A stretch of DNA of 64,000 nt from Felis catus (Eukaryota). A model generated the notes under the pieces. The model saw nothing but the letters and a program-made list of their open reading frames with translations, was not told the origin of the DNA and ran no database searches. Where the stretch lies: positions 33,234,001 to 33,298,000 of the forward strand of contig NC_058368.1 of the NCBI RefSeq assembly GCF_018350175.1, given 5' to 3'. The position numbers were made by a program, and so were the translations under genes. This document shows, piece by piece, positions 13,311 through 25,746 of this stretch. The number at the start of each line of letters is the position of its first letter. Position 1 is the stretch's first letter.

Positions 13311-15389
13311 TCTAAAAATTTTCGACTGATTTTAAGTCTTGCAGTCTACCTGCAGGTCTTTATGTAAAATGCTATCTTGTAATAGTGCTAAAAATACACA
13401 TTTAATTTTTAGGTTTATTTTCCGTTACAATTGCAAATAATGATGCCAATATTTAAATTTCACTATATAATCATCTGAATATGCATTTCCTCATGATGAA
13501 AGTGAGATTCTTATGTAAGAAACAGATGGAAGGCTACACATTGAAAACAACTTCTGAGTTCTGATTTTATTTTATTGCACAGGAAGGAAAAAAATATATA
13601 CTGTTTAGTGACAACTGATTTTTCTTAAATCGATTTTTTTTGGAATTTTTACCAAGTTATCCTGCTAATAACATTGATTACTGAGCCTATGCTCACATTA
13701 AACAATACTGGCTGATATTTCTAACTCCAAAGCAAAAGTTATGTGAACCAAATAAACTATGTTATGGTAAATTTATACTTGAGTATAACGACCATCATCT
13801 GGCATTGCTCTACTCTTTTATTCCTATTTTCTGAATATAATGTAAAGCAAAGTAAAATGCACAATTTCAAAGAAAATACAAATGACAGATAATCTTGCTA
13901 AAAAATAACTTTGTACCATATTGGTTAAGGGCAGGTATATTATTGTCTTAACTATATTTATACAAAGGAAAAATATGTTACATTTTTTATATAGTAGAAC
14001 ATTTATTTCCATAAGAGTTATTTTAATTTATGCAGAACTTGTATGATCACAGCCATATATATTTTTTTCATTTATCAATATTGCCTGATTTGAATTCCAC
14101 TAATTTTTCCCTGCTTTTGTGCAGGCTGAATATAAGCAATTTGATATGTTAATTACATTGTGACATTTTACAAAAAGATGTATTTTTAAGACAATACAAC
14201 AAACTATGAAAACTAGTAGGGTGAAAGATTATGCGTTGGGTTTTTCTTCAAGAAATCAAACCATATGAAAAGTTGTTCTTGGAATGTTCTTTTATTCTGT
14301 GGGGACTAAATCTGTTTTCTTGACAGTCATGTTTACTGGCTATAATGTTAAAAATATAATAATAGTGATTCAAGATAACTCCCCACTAATAAAAACCTAG
14401 AAATAAGCTATTTCTCTTTATAAATGTTTCTTCCTTAACTTTAACTCAAACTGACATTTGCCAGTGTTGAGATCTGCTCAGCCTGAACATCGCTTATTAG
14501 TACAATCTTTCAGATACTTAAAAAGCTGTAGATTTTATATTTGGATAATAAAATTTGAAACACTCATAAGGACAAAGAAGCTGGGGGTACCTGCAGGAAA
14601 TGAAGGGTCAAGATTTTCAAATAGGAATATTTGGTGAGTGAAGTAATTTTATTATAATAAATTCAGTTAACATTTCACACTCTTTCACTCACCAATATGT
14701 CATTGGGATGATTTGGGAAGGATGGAGATCTGACAGATGTGTTAAAGGAAATACTTTTGGATTTAAGTTTTTGAAAGTTGCAAAACACTACTTCCAGCAT
14801 GATGATATTTATGTAAAAGAATTTTTAAAATCCAGATTGTTCAAGAACAGGAATGGATATGATGTAGTTAACTCCAGAGACGGAGAAGAGAGAACAGGAT
14901 TCAATGATGCATTCGTTTTATTTGCAACCTTTTTTTTTTTTTTAAATAATAGAATGGGAGATGTAAAATATTTACATCAGTTAACTTACATTGTTTTCAG
15001 TACAAATTTGTGTGTTTCAACATTTTATTTTAAAAAGAAAAAACGTTAAATATTGTAAAATCAGTAACCGGCTAACTTCACTTATAAGTAGAGTAAAATC
15101 AAATTCCAGAGCTAAAGTGAATGGCTCAAGCTCTTTCACCAGGAGGATTTCTCTTTACCTAACGCACACTGCTCCTTAGGGCGAAACTAGCATTTAAACT
15201 CCTTAAGGAAAGTGTATCTCTTGAAATACTCCTTACAACTGCCTGCAAGTTTAATGCCATATGATTGAAAGCGCAAGAACATGTTATTCTAAATTCCAAA
15301 TTGGGAAGATTCCTAATTAGGGAGTTAATTAATTGAGCAAATTCCCAATTAGGGAATGAGTGTATGTGTGTTATGTGTATGTTTATGTT

Positions 15390-15409
15390 TGTGTGTGTGT
15401 GTGTGTGTA

Positions 15410-15456
<47 letters not shown>
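15390..15456. repeat. (TG)n(TA)n compound microsatellite
   Basis: Direct reading. Confidence 0.97.
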
Positions 15457-15459
<3 letters not shown>

Positions 15460-15768
15460 CTCATTTATTTATTTATTTGCCTGGAAAGAGAGAAGGTCAG
15501 AAACATAATCCTATTATTCATGAACTATAGCTAATGTTTCAGCTGTATAGACAGGGGCTCAAATATCAATGGAGAAAAGTAAATGCCATCCAAAGACTCT
15601 GTATCCTTTTCTGGATAAAAGCTTAGTATTTTTTTTTATTGTATGCTATATAGGTGTATCTTGTAAGTGGAGATATTAATTTGTTATTGTATGTATTTGA
15701 GAATTAAGTACTAGTTAAAAAGATTTGTATGGGTGGTAAATCGACAGCATGGACTGAGATGAGTAGGC

Positions 15769-16513
15769 TGTGTCAAATTAGCTTGGCTGACCTATGTGCC
15801 CCAGATTTCCCTTTCTGGTATGTCTGGGTAGGATGGAATATAAAAGATATTCTCCTGTGAGAGTTTAACAGTGAAAGAGAATCAGGGGACACCTGGGTGG
15901 CTCAGTCAGTTCAGCGTCCAACTTCAACTCAGTTCAGGATCTTGAAGTCTGTGAGTTCAGGCCCCACATCGGGATCTGTGCTGACAACTCAGAGCCTGGA
16001 GCCTGCTTCGCATTCTGTGTCTCCCTCTCTCCCTGCCCCTCCCCCACTCATGTTCCATCTCTCCCTGTGTCTGAAAAATAAATGCTAAAAAATAAATAAA
16101 AGGAAATCAGCAGCCACAAACCTCTCAGTTACTGGAACAGACACTAGCTTAGGTGCTACTATGAAGGGATTTTTTTTTTTAAGCAAAAGTAAAATACCCA
16201 GTCAGTTGACTTTAAAATAGAACGATTATCCTGGGTATACTTGATTTAGTTAGTTGTAAGTTCTTAAAAGTGATACTATGCCCTCCTTAGAGAGAAAGAA
16301 GTGCGTAACCACTTGTTTAACAGCTTTGACCCATGTTCCTGTGGTTCTCACCTGGTTATGACCTTTTCCACTTTTAACCTGATGAGTCAGCACCCATATT
16401 TGAACTTGTTGAGCAAATATCCACAATTTCTTTAGTGTCCAATTCATAGATAATATAATATTATATTATTATAACAGAACCACTTGTTCTGTTGCTGAAC
16501 CCCAGCTATTACA
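15769..16513 (+). mobile_element. MLT2-type ERVL LTR, interrupted by a SINE
   Basis: TGTGTCAAATTAGCTTGGCT...TGCCCCAG start, CAGTCAGTTGACTTT...GATTATCCTGG middle, GTTCTGTTGCTGAACCCCAGCTATTACA end. Confidence 0.65.
15885..16100 (+). mobile_element. Can-SINE inserted in the MLT2 LTR
   Basis: Full SINE body with imperfect TSD ending AATCAG. Confidence 0.92.
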
Positions 16514-16735
16514 GTATTTTGATACTAAAACTAATTCCAGAAGAACAGAATCTTAAGGATGTGTTACTTAAAATTTTCTGGAACTGGTTTTCTAATCTGA
16601 TTAGACTTAAAGAAACTAATGGTCCTGTTTGCAGTAGTAAGGACAGCCTTGATAACCTATAGTATGATATGAGAAGGAAGTTTAAAGTATTACCTTTGGA
16701 TCTCTATAACTAACCACCTATAAAAGATGAGGCTC
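16514..16735 (+). mobile_element. 5' start of ERVL internal region
   Basis: TTTTGATACT...AGAACAGAATCTTAAGGATG...TTTCTGGAACTGGTTTTCTAATCTGATTAGACTTAAAG matches the recalled ERVL-int start and directly follows the LTR. Confidence 0.65.
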
Positions 16736-16739
16736 ATAT

Positions 16740-17147
16740 GAGCCTTCTAAAAGAGAGTCTTGAGATCCAAGATGGAAGAAATCAAAGATTTTTGAAACAG
16801 TATAGATGCTTTTCCTGTTGGATTGGAAAAAGCCAAATGTCATGTTCTAGAGCCACATAGCAGAAGTAATAGGCAATCTTCTGGATCTGAGGGCCACAGT
16901 CTTATATCCACAAAGAATTAAGTACTCCCAACAGTGTTTGAGCTTGGAAGAGAACTCTAAGCTTCAAATGAAATTGGAGCTTTTTCCAAAATTTTGATTT
17001 TAGTCTAGTGAGACTCTGAGCAGAGGACTCACCTAATTCATGTCTAGACTCTTGACTCAAAGAAACTCAAATAATAAATTTGCATTGTTTTTGTTTTAAG
17101 CTGCTAAGTTTGGGTTAACCATTACATAACAATATGAAACTAATACA
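16740..17147 (+). mobile_element. MaLR LTR (MLT1E/F-like)
   Basis: GAGCTTGGAAGAGAAC..., GTGAGACTCTGAGCAGAGGAC, TTTTAAGCTGCTAAGTTTG...AACTAATACA 3' end. Confidence 0.75.
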
Positions 17148-17309
17148 AAAGGTGATATCTAGGTGTTAGTAATCAGTTATTATATATGCATATAGGGCAA
17201 TCATGTAGTATAAATCTACATACAAAAAATACATATGTGTATGATATATACATATTAGCAGAAAAAGACTAAATATACTTATTTACATTTTCTCCTCTTG
17301 GCCAAACAA

Positions 17310-17657
17310 GGAAATGGCATTCTCCAGTCTCTTACGTTTATATGGAGGTTATATGGCTGGGTTTTATTCAATAGAATAAGAGCAGACGTTATCTATGCAA
17401 TCTTTCTTCCTGGCCACAAAATATATCTTAGGATATACTAAGTTCTTTCCTGCTAAGGAGGAATAACACATAATAAGTTCCTCAGAATGCTGGGTTACCA
17501 TTTGTAAGATGATGTGCAGTGGTGTATTCTCAGCTACAAAATATTAAGGTTTTGATCAGCAGTAGAGTTTGGAAAAGATAGATTTTACTCATGTTAAGCC
17601 ACAAATATTTGGGATTGTTTGTTACACAGCTGGCATTAATTTACCTGATCCACTACA
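17310..17657 (+). mobile_element. Old MaLR LTR (MLT1J-like)
   Basis: TGTTAAGCCACAAATATTTGGGATTGTTTGTTACACAGC 3' motif. Confidence 0.5.
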
Positions 17658-18139
17658 CATATGTGTGGCTGCCTGAAAGACAGTATGATACCTTGTGTAA
17701 GATCTGAGTTAGAAGTTTGAAAGCCTGGATAAAATACAACTTCCCATATGTGAGATACGTGACTTTGTACAGAGTATTATGCAATTACAAAATGCAAATG
17801 CTAGAACATTTTTCTTTCTCCTTACCCTCTATTTCCTCTTCTTCACTCTTTGTCTTTTCCTCTCCTCCCTCTTCTTTTTCTCTTCCTCCTCCTCCTTCCA
17901 CCCTTTGTTCCATTTGTTAAGAGTGTGTAATTTTTACTGACTTATCTTAAAGTTCACGGATTCTTTCCTTAGCCAAGTTACAGATGAGTCTTCAATTACA
18001 CTATTTATCTCTGTTATAGTTTTGTTGTTACTTGAAGAATTATTACTCAGTTCCTTCTCAAATCTACATCTCGGTTGAAATTTATCATCTGATCATGTGG
18101 GCTACATACCTTTAGTATCATAAATTTTAATATATTATT

Positions 18140-18347
18140 ATTTTTCAATGTTTGTTTTTGAGAGACAGAGCGAGAGCAGCGAGAGCATGCTAGGGAGAGG
18201 CAGAGAGAGAGGAAGAGATAACCTTAAGCAGGTTCCATGCTGTCAGCACCGAGTCTAACATGGGGCTCAAACACACAAACTGTGAGATCACGACCTGAGC
18301 CGAAATCGAGAGTCACATACTCAGCCAACTGGGCCTCCAGGTGTCCC
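18140..18347 (-). mobile_element. Can-SINE
   Basis: Reverse SINE body flanked by AATATATT repeats. Confidence 0.9.
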
Positions 18348-19115
18348 AATATATTTTTAATTCTGTGTTAATTCCATCATCAATGGCACATCTGAGTCTG
18401 GTCCTAATTATTACTTTTTCCTCCACTTGTTCCCTGTACTTGTTTCTTCTTTTTATGTCTCCTTTTATGTGTTTCTTCTTTTTTTTTATGTCTTACTTTG
18501 AAAACTGAGTATCTTGTAGTGGAGAGTAGAGAATGATATAAAACTTTTTCTTTTAATTGAGATGTAATATACATATCATTACATGTTTTCATTTTAAATG
18601 TCTAATTTAATTTATATTAGAATCACAGATTTTTCAGTCATCACCACTATCTAATTCAAGAACATTTTTATCACTCAAAAAAAAAAAAAAAAAGAAACAA
18701 CTGCTGTACCCATTAGCATTCACTTAGCATTCCCTCATTTCCCCTTCAGCAGGAAATAATAATCTTTCTTGTCTCTTGATTTGCCTATTCTGGACATTCA
18801 GTATAACAGAATCATATAATTTGTCCTTTTGTGTCTTCTTTCACTTAGCATGATATTTTCAAGGTTAATTCATGTTGAAGCATTTACAAGTATTTCAGTT
18901 CTTTTTGTGATAAATATTTCATTACATGGATAGACAATATTTCCTTTATCCATTAGACTATTGATAAACACTTAGATTGTTTCTACTTGTTGGCTAATAT
19001 GCATACAGCTTCTATGAACACATTTGCATGTTTCTTGTGTACAACATGTGGAGACGTTTTCAATTCTCTTGGGTATACACCTAGGAATAGAATTTCTAGG
19101 TCATATGATGACTTT

Positions 19116-19340
19116 TGTTTTAAATTTTGTTTTTTATTTTAGAGAGATCACATGAGTGGGGCAAAGGGCAAGAGGGCGAAAGAGACAGAGAGAGAGAGAA
19201 AGAGAGAGAGAGAATTTTAAGCAGGATCTACAATCAGCATGCAGCCCTACATGGGGCTCGGTCTCACAACACTGGGATCATGACCTGAGATGAAATCAAG
19301 AGTTGGACGCTCAAATGACTGAGCCACACTAGCATCCTGA
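19116..19340 (-). mobile_element. Can-SINE in L1
   Basis: TSD CATATGATGACTTT at 19102-19115 and 19341-19354. Confidence 0.92.
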
Positions 19341-19449
19341 CATATGATGACTTTCTGAATAACTTTTTGAGGAACTACTTTCCACTAGTAGTATATAAAA
19401 ATTCCAGTTTTTCTGCATCCTTGCAAATGATTGCTATCATCTAAGTTTT

Positions 19450-19664
19450 GTTTGTTTTTTAAGTTTATTGATTTATTTTGAGAGAGAGAGAGAGTGTATT
19501 AGCAGGGGAGGGGCAGAGAGAGAATGGAGAGAGAGAATCCCAAAGAGGCTCTACATTCTCAGCTCAGAGCCTGACGTGGGGCTTGAACTCACCAATCGTG
19601 AAATCATGACCTGAGTGGAAACCAAGAGTCAGGGGCTTAACGGACTGAGACACCCAGGCTCCCC
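19450..19664 (-). mobile_element. Can-SINE in L1
   Basis: Reverse SINE body; TSD TCAT(C/T)TAAGTTTT. Confidence 0.92.
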
Positions 19665-20255
19665 AGTCATTTAAGTTTTTAAAACTTTCACGATTGTAAG
19701 AGATGTGAATTGAGATTTCACAGTGGTTTCCAATTACATTCCCTGAACGACTAATGATGCTGAGCATCTTTTTATGTGCTTATCAGCCATTTGTAAATCT
19801 TCTTCAGAAAAACTTCTATTTTTATATTGAATTATTTATCTTTTATTGTTGATTTTTAAGATTTTAAAAATTATATTCTGGTTAGTAGATCTTTACCCTT
19901 ATCAGATATATAATTTTCAAATATTGTAATGTACTTTATGAATTCTTTTCACTTTCTTAATGATGTTATTTGAAGAAAATTTTTGAGACAATTTAATGTA
20001 TTTTATCTTTAATTGTTGTGCTCTACATATCATATATAAAAACATGTTGAGTAGTCAAGGTTACAAAGAATTACACTATGTTTTCTCCGGGTCTTGATTT
20101 TATCTTATATTTAGATTATTGATCCATTTTGAGTTAATTGTTGCATATGGTGTAGGATGAGGTCCAATTTCATTTTTCTTTTCTATTTTTTCTTTTCTTT
20201 ATTTATTTTGCCAGTTGTCAGAGCAACATTTGTTGAAAGTACTTATTTCTCATCA

Positions 20256-21257
20256 TTTTTTATTGAAGTATAATTGACATACAATGTAATATTAGTTTCA
20301 GGTCACAATATATTGACTTGATAATTCTATACATTACTCATTACAATGAGTAATGTATAGAACGGCATTATGCATAGAATTGCATGATAAATATAGTCAC
20401 CACCTGTCAACATAAAACATTATTACAATATCATTGACTATATCCCATTTGCTGTACTTTTCATCTTTGTGACTTACTTATCTTATAACTGGAGGTTTGT
20501 ACTTAATCTCTTTTATCTACTGGCCAATCCCCGCCCCCTGCAGTATCCCTTCTGGCAATCACCAGTTTGTTCTCTGTATATGACAGTCTGATTTGTTTGT
20601 TTGTTTTGTGTGTTTTTTTTTTCACAAGGATAAGTGAAATCATATGGTATTCACCTAATTTATTTCACTTAGGATAACACCCTCCAGGTCCATTCATGTC
20701 ATCACAAATGGCTTGTTCTTATGACTAATATTCCATTGTATACATATAGCACAACTTATTTATCCTTTCATCTGTGGATGTTCACTTGGGTTGCTTCCAT
20801 ATTTTGCAATTATAAACAATGCTGCAATAAACATAGGAGTGCCTACATCTTTCCAAATTAGTGTTTTCATTGTTTGTGGGTAAATATCCAGCAGTGGAAT
20901 TACTGGATCATATGGTATTTCTAGTTTTAATTTTTTGAGGCATCATTATACTTTTCCCACAGTGGTTGCACCAATTTACCTTCCCATCAACAGTGCACAA
21001 GTGTTTTCTTTCCTCCACCTACTCACAAACACTTTTCATTTCTTATCTTTTTGATCCTATCCATTTTGACTAGTGTGAGGTAATATCCCATTGTGGTTTT
21101 GATTTGCGTTTCCCTGATGATGAGAGATGTGGAGCATCTTTTCATGAATCTATTGGCCATCTGGATGTTTGGGAAAAGATCTATCCAGGTCCCATGCCCA
21201 TTTTTAAAAATCAGGTTGTTTGGTGTTTAGTTTTGAGTTGTGTAAGTTCTTTATATA
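20256..21257 (-). mobile_element. Younger L1 (L1MA/carnivore type) 3' end nested in the older L1
   Basis: A second L1 3' terminus TTTTTTATTGAAGTATAATTGACATACAA starts inside ORF2 of the older element, which resumes near 21260. Confidence 0.8.
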
Positions 21258-22333
21258 AAGGACTACCTTATATTCTTCCTCTATTGAATAGTATTGGCAC
21301 CCTGGTGAAAAATCACTGACCATGAAACCTATGGGTTAACTCCTGGAATCTCCATTCCAGACCCTTGATGTATAGGTCTAGTCTTACATCAGTTCCACAC
21401 ATTCTTGATTGCTATTACTTTGCAATAAGTTGTAAAATCAGGAAGTGTAAGTCCTCTATTATGTACTTCTGTCTTAATCTTGTTTTGTACATTTTGTGAC
21501 ATTTGCATTTCCAGAAATTTTAAGATCAGGTTGTCACTTTCTGCAGAAAAAGACAGCTTGTATTTTGTTAGGTCTTGTGTTGAATCTGTAGGTCAATTTG
21601 GATAGTATCATCATTGTAACGATAATAAATATTCAAGGTAAATATACTTGTCTTGTTCCTGATCTTAGGGGCAATGTCAGACTTCCATCAGTAGGCTTGA
21701 TCCTAGCTTTGGGTTTTATGTAGATGTCCTTTATGAGGTTGAGAAGTTCCCTTCTTTTCTTAGTATGTCCATTATTCTTACATGAAAAGGTGTTAGTTTT
21801 TTTTTCATATTCTCTATTGAGAAAATCATATTATTTAGCACATTTTGTCCCATCCTTTAATTTCTGAACAAAACATTTTCTTATCCATAGAATCAAAAAC
21901 TGCTTCCAACAGAAACAAAATCTTCAGTGTTACAGGATTTACTTTACCCCAAATTTCCAGTCATTTTGGAAATCTTATCTGTGCCTACCATGTGACAGAT
22001 GTCATTGCATACATTATCTTCCTAGATCTCTTTCCAGTATCTAAGGAATGTAATGTTAGTGCCTCAGTAGAATTATAGTTAATAGATCACTTTTCAAGTA
22101 GACAGATTAAAATCTAACATTCCCTTGATGCCAAAATCCATAAGTTCTTTTCACTCTGTCAAGATTTTTCTCCATTATGTAGTTTCTTCTCATCTATATA
22201 TTAAAAAAAAAATCTTCTAGTTTGTTGCCACTGCATTTAATAAGTTGTTATTACTCACTTAGATATTGGTGAGATTGGGAATTGGTGGACATCCAAGCAA
22301 CACAAAACAATTGAAGCCCTGCTGATAGGAATG

Positions 22334-23022
22334 TTTTTTAATTGAGTCATGATTGACATACAACATTGTGTAAGTTTAAGGTGTGTACCATATTTATTTG
22401 ATATATTTATATGCTACAATATGATTACCCCCACAGTAATAGCTAACATCTCTATTACGTAACTATATTTGGGTGTGTGTGGTAAGGAAATGAAGATCTA
22501 GTCTGTTAGCAACTTTGAAGTTTATGACATGGTATTGTTGACTATAATCACTATGCTATGTATGAAGTCTCCAGAACTTATTTCTCTACTAGTTGCAGGT
22601 TTGTACCTTTAAACAACATCTCCCCAATTCCCCTACCTCGTATACCCTGACAACCACCATTCTACTCTGTTTTTATGAATTTGGCTTGCTTAGATTCCAC
22701 ATAGAAGAGCAGTATTTGTCTTTGTCTATCTGACTTATCTCTTTAACATAATGCCCTCAAGATCCATCTATGACGTCATAAATGGCAGGGTTTCCCTCTT
22801 TCTCGCAACTGAAAAATATTCCATTATGTGTATATACACATATGTATAGTGTTTATACATACACACATGCATGAACATATTTATATATATACATACACAT
22901 ATATAAATGTAATATACACACATACGTGTGTATGTATCATCCTCATCCATTTATTTGTTGGTGGACATTTAGGTTGTTTTCAAATCGTGGCTATTGTGAA
23001 CACTGCTGGCAAAAACATAAAT
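22334..23022 (-). mobile_element. L1 (L1MA-like) 3' end
   Basis: TTTAATTGAGTCATGATTGACATACAACATTGTGTAAGTTTAAGGTG...TTAGATTCCACAT...GGACATTTAGGTTGTTT, with internal TA/CA-rich expansion. Confidence 0.85.
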
Positions 23023-25016
23023 GGTATATAACAAATGTTGGTTTTGAACTTTTGGAACTTTATTAACATTTAATGTCATCTCAGTGATCAATTATTTGTT
23101 TGTAGCCCATTTTTCTTTGCTAAATTAATTGAACCTCATGTTAAGTAAAGTATTGCACATTAGGAAAATGTTCCTCATAAGCCTGGATATCTGATGTTGC
23201 CTTCTTGAAGCAACTAGAAGAGAACAACTTGAAGAGCTCTATTAGATGCAGTTTAAGTACAAAGGACTTAGTTCACACTGCTTAATTTATTTCACCATTT
23301 TGTACTCATAGATTAGCAATTATTAATAGTTTCTTTATTGTGCTAAAAACTATGATTTATCATTAATGAGTTCATTTTAAAAAGTATCAATATGTTATTA
23401 CATTATCGTTAAGTGATAGAACCATATAAACAAATGAAAAACAGCAATTAATCAATATTTGTATTCCCACCAAAAGAAAATTCGGCTACTTTAATAATTA
23501 ATGTTCGCCACCATTTATAATTTCCACACCCCAGATTAGAAAATTGATAATCTGTGTAGTTATATTCTGTTAATTGAGTATCTTCCAGTTTATCACAGTA
23601 GGAACCTTGCAATTCTGGAGACATTTTCAACTCCACTTTATTATTCTACCATACATAAGAGAATATCTACAATTTCCCAAATGAGGTAATAAGAAGCAAT
23701 CATCCAAACAGATGTGTTTTAATGTTTTAAAATGGTATCTTTTTATTTTTTCTTTTCAAAATGGATGTTCTAAAGATATACATTGAAATAAGGTAAAATC
23801 TTGAGACAATCAGAGATTTAGGGGAGCTTCGTTAGAGAAAACATTTCAGAAAAATGTTGGCTCCGATGCAATGAAACACATTTTGAGTTTAATTTTGGAT
23901 TAGGATTTAGTCTTAGATTAGAGTGCTGTTGCAAAAATCCCCCACTGAGTGAATACTACTCTGTGTGCTCCACAATCACCACCATCCCACAAAGTGCGGA
24001 AAAGCACTATGTTTTTTTAGATTATTGAACTTTCATTTTTTCACACCTCCTTCATATGCAGCTGGAGTGGCTTAAAGTCTCAGTAATAGGTTTGATTCAT
24101 TGCTGCCGCTATGAAGACGCGGTTTGCATATTTTTAGATTTTCACTAACAGGGATAAAACCTATTAAGAGTTCAAATATTTTGGAAGGCATTTTAGAGTA
24201 TTATTGTTCCTTTTAAATATTTATTTATTTTTATTAGAAATGTCTGTAGTTAGAAGTAAGAATGATCAAGGAATGCATTACATTGTATTTATTATTTAAG
24301 TGTGTATGTATACCTGGCCACTTTAAATTTGGTATGCTATATTAATATGTATATATATAGTTCTGTCTTGTATTATATATATATATATATGTATATCATA
24401 TACTAGTCTATATATAGGTATATGTATGTATCAATGTCATGTGTGTGTGAATATGCCTATGTGTACATAAATAATTTAAACCCCCATGATTAGAATCACC
24501 TTGAATTTAGATGTAATGGTGAATAAATATAAATCCAGTGAATAAATATAAATCCAATTAGGATAGATTATTCCCATCTCAGTCAGCTACACATCTACAT
24601 CTAGATATACAGATAGAAACATATAAATTAACTCAGTGAAGAATTAAAATAATTTTCATTTTTTTTATTTTCTTTTGTATCACAACTTATTAGCCCTATA
24701 ACTTGTCAAGGTTAAGATTGAATAGAATAATCAAGGCACAAAATTAATAATTATAATTTTCTCTTCTCTAAAGACACTTATTAATATGCAGATTTTGTGT
24801 CTTTAGGAAGCATTCATAATTTATATTCTACAAATCACTGTGACTACAGACTTTCCTAGTTAAGGATTTGATTTAAACATTACATTTTAATTCCTGTTTT
24901 GGTACCTATATACAAATATTAAAAATAAAATTGTAATTGGAGAATGAAACTTTTAACAATTTAATCTAGGTAGTTCCTAACTTAAGTGTATATTTAAGAC
25001 AAAGCTAATTTTGTTA

Positions 25017-25030
25017 AATGTTTATTTACT

Positions 25031-25073
<43 letters not shown>

Positions 25074-25219
25074 TGGGGAGGAACAGAGACAGAGGGAGAC
25101 AGAGACTCCTAAGCAGGCTCCAAAGGTCAATGTGGGGCTTGAACTCATGAAAACCATGAGATCATGACCTGAGCCGAAATCAAGAGTCAGATGCTTAACT
25201 GACTAAAACCCAGGCACCC
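25017..25219 (-). mobile_element. Can-SINE with expanded (GA)n
   Basis: Reverse SINE body. Confidence 0.9.
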
Positions 25220-25344
25220 TAAACTAAAATATTTTATGAGGTTAGCATTTGTGAGCTAGACTGCATTAGGATGCTTTCTATAAGCTATAACTTCTATCAT
25301 ATATGTTGTAAATGGATTATCTTATGTATACATATATTGAAATG

Positions 25345-25746
25345 TGTTATAGTCACGCTACAATGGTGGGATGAAGCACCACCATGCAGAATAGGTTCAA
25401 ATGTTAGACTGATGATGCCACATATGCCCCAAGAGGGTATGAGGAGATTTATTACTCCTCTATGAAATTTACTGGGGAGAGCAGGGCAGACTCTTCAGCT
25501 GGTCTGAAAATGACTTGAGAGAGATAGGAGGGGCAACTGACTTTGGTTTTTATTGCAGTTGGAGGGCGGAGCTGAGGAGAGTTCCCAGATGGGAAGGGGC
25601 TTGCATATTTTTAACTTCTCACTGGTGCTACCGAAGGAAGCACCCGGGCTCTCTTATCAGGCCCAGCTGTGGGAAGCAAGGAGGGGAAGTGGGGCTTGAA
25701 GGCTGTCAGCAGTCAAACATCCAAAATGGAGTCAGACTCTATTGTA
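25345..25746 (-). mobile_element. Solo LTR, ERVL class (MER76-like, tentative)
   Basis: Minus strand starts ...AAGAGTCTGACTCCATTTTGGATGTTTGACTGCTGACAGC, has two AATAAA and ends TAACA; sharp GC rise over flanks. Confidence 0.55.

Larger units (their letters stand above)
18545..21835 (-). mobile_element. Old L1 (L1MB-like) 3'UTR and ORF2 remnant, host to nested insertions
   Basis: TCACCACTATCTAATTCAAGAACATTTTTATCAC 3'UTR; ORF2-like GATCCATTTTGAGTTAATT and CTTGTCTTGTTCCTGATCTTAGGGG. Confidence 0.8.

Noticed and set aside
23448..23636. 62-aa ORF
   Set aside because: Non-ATG start, unrecognised peptide, no splice support
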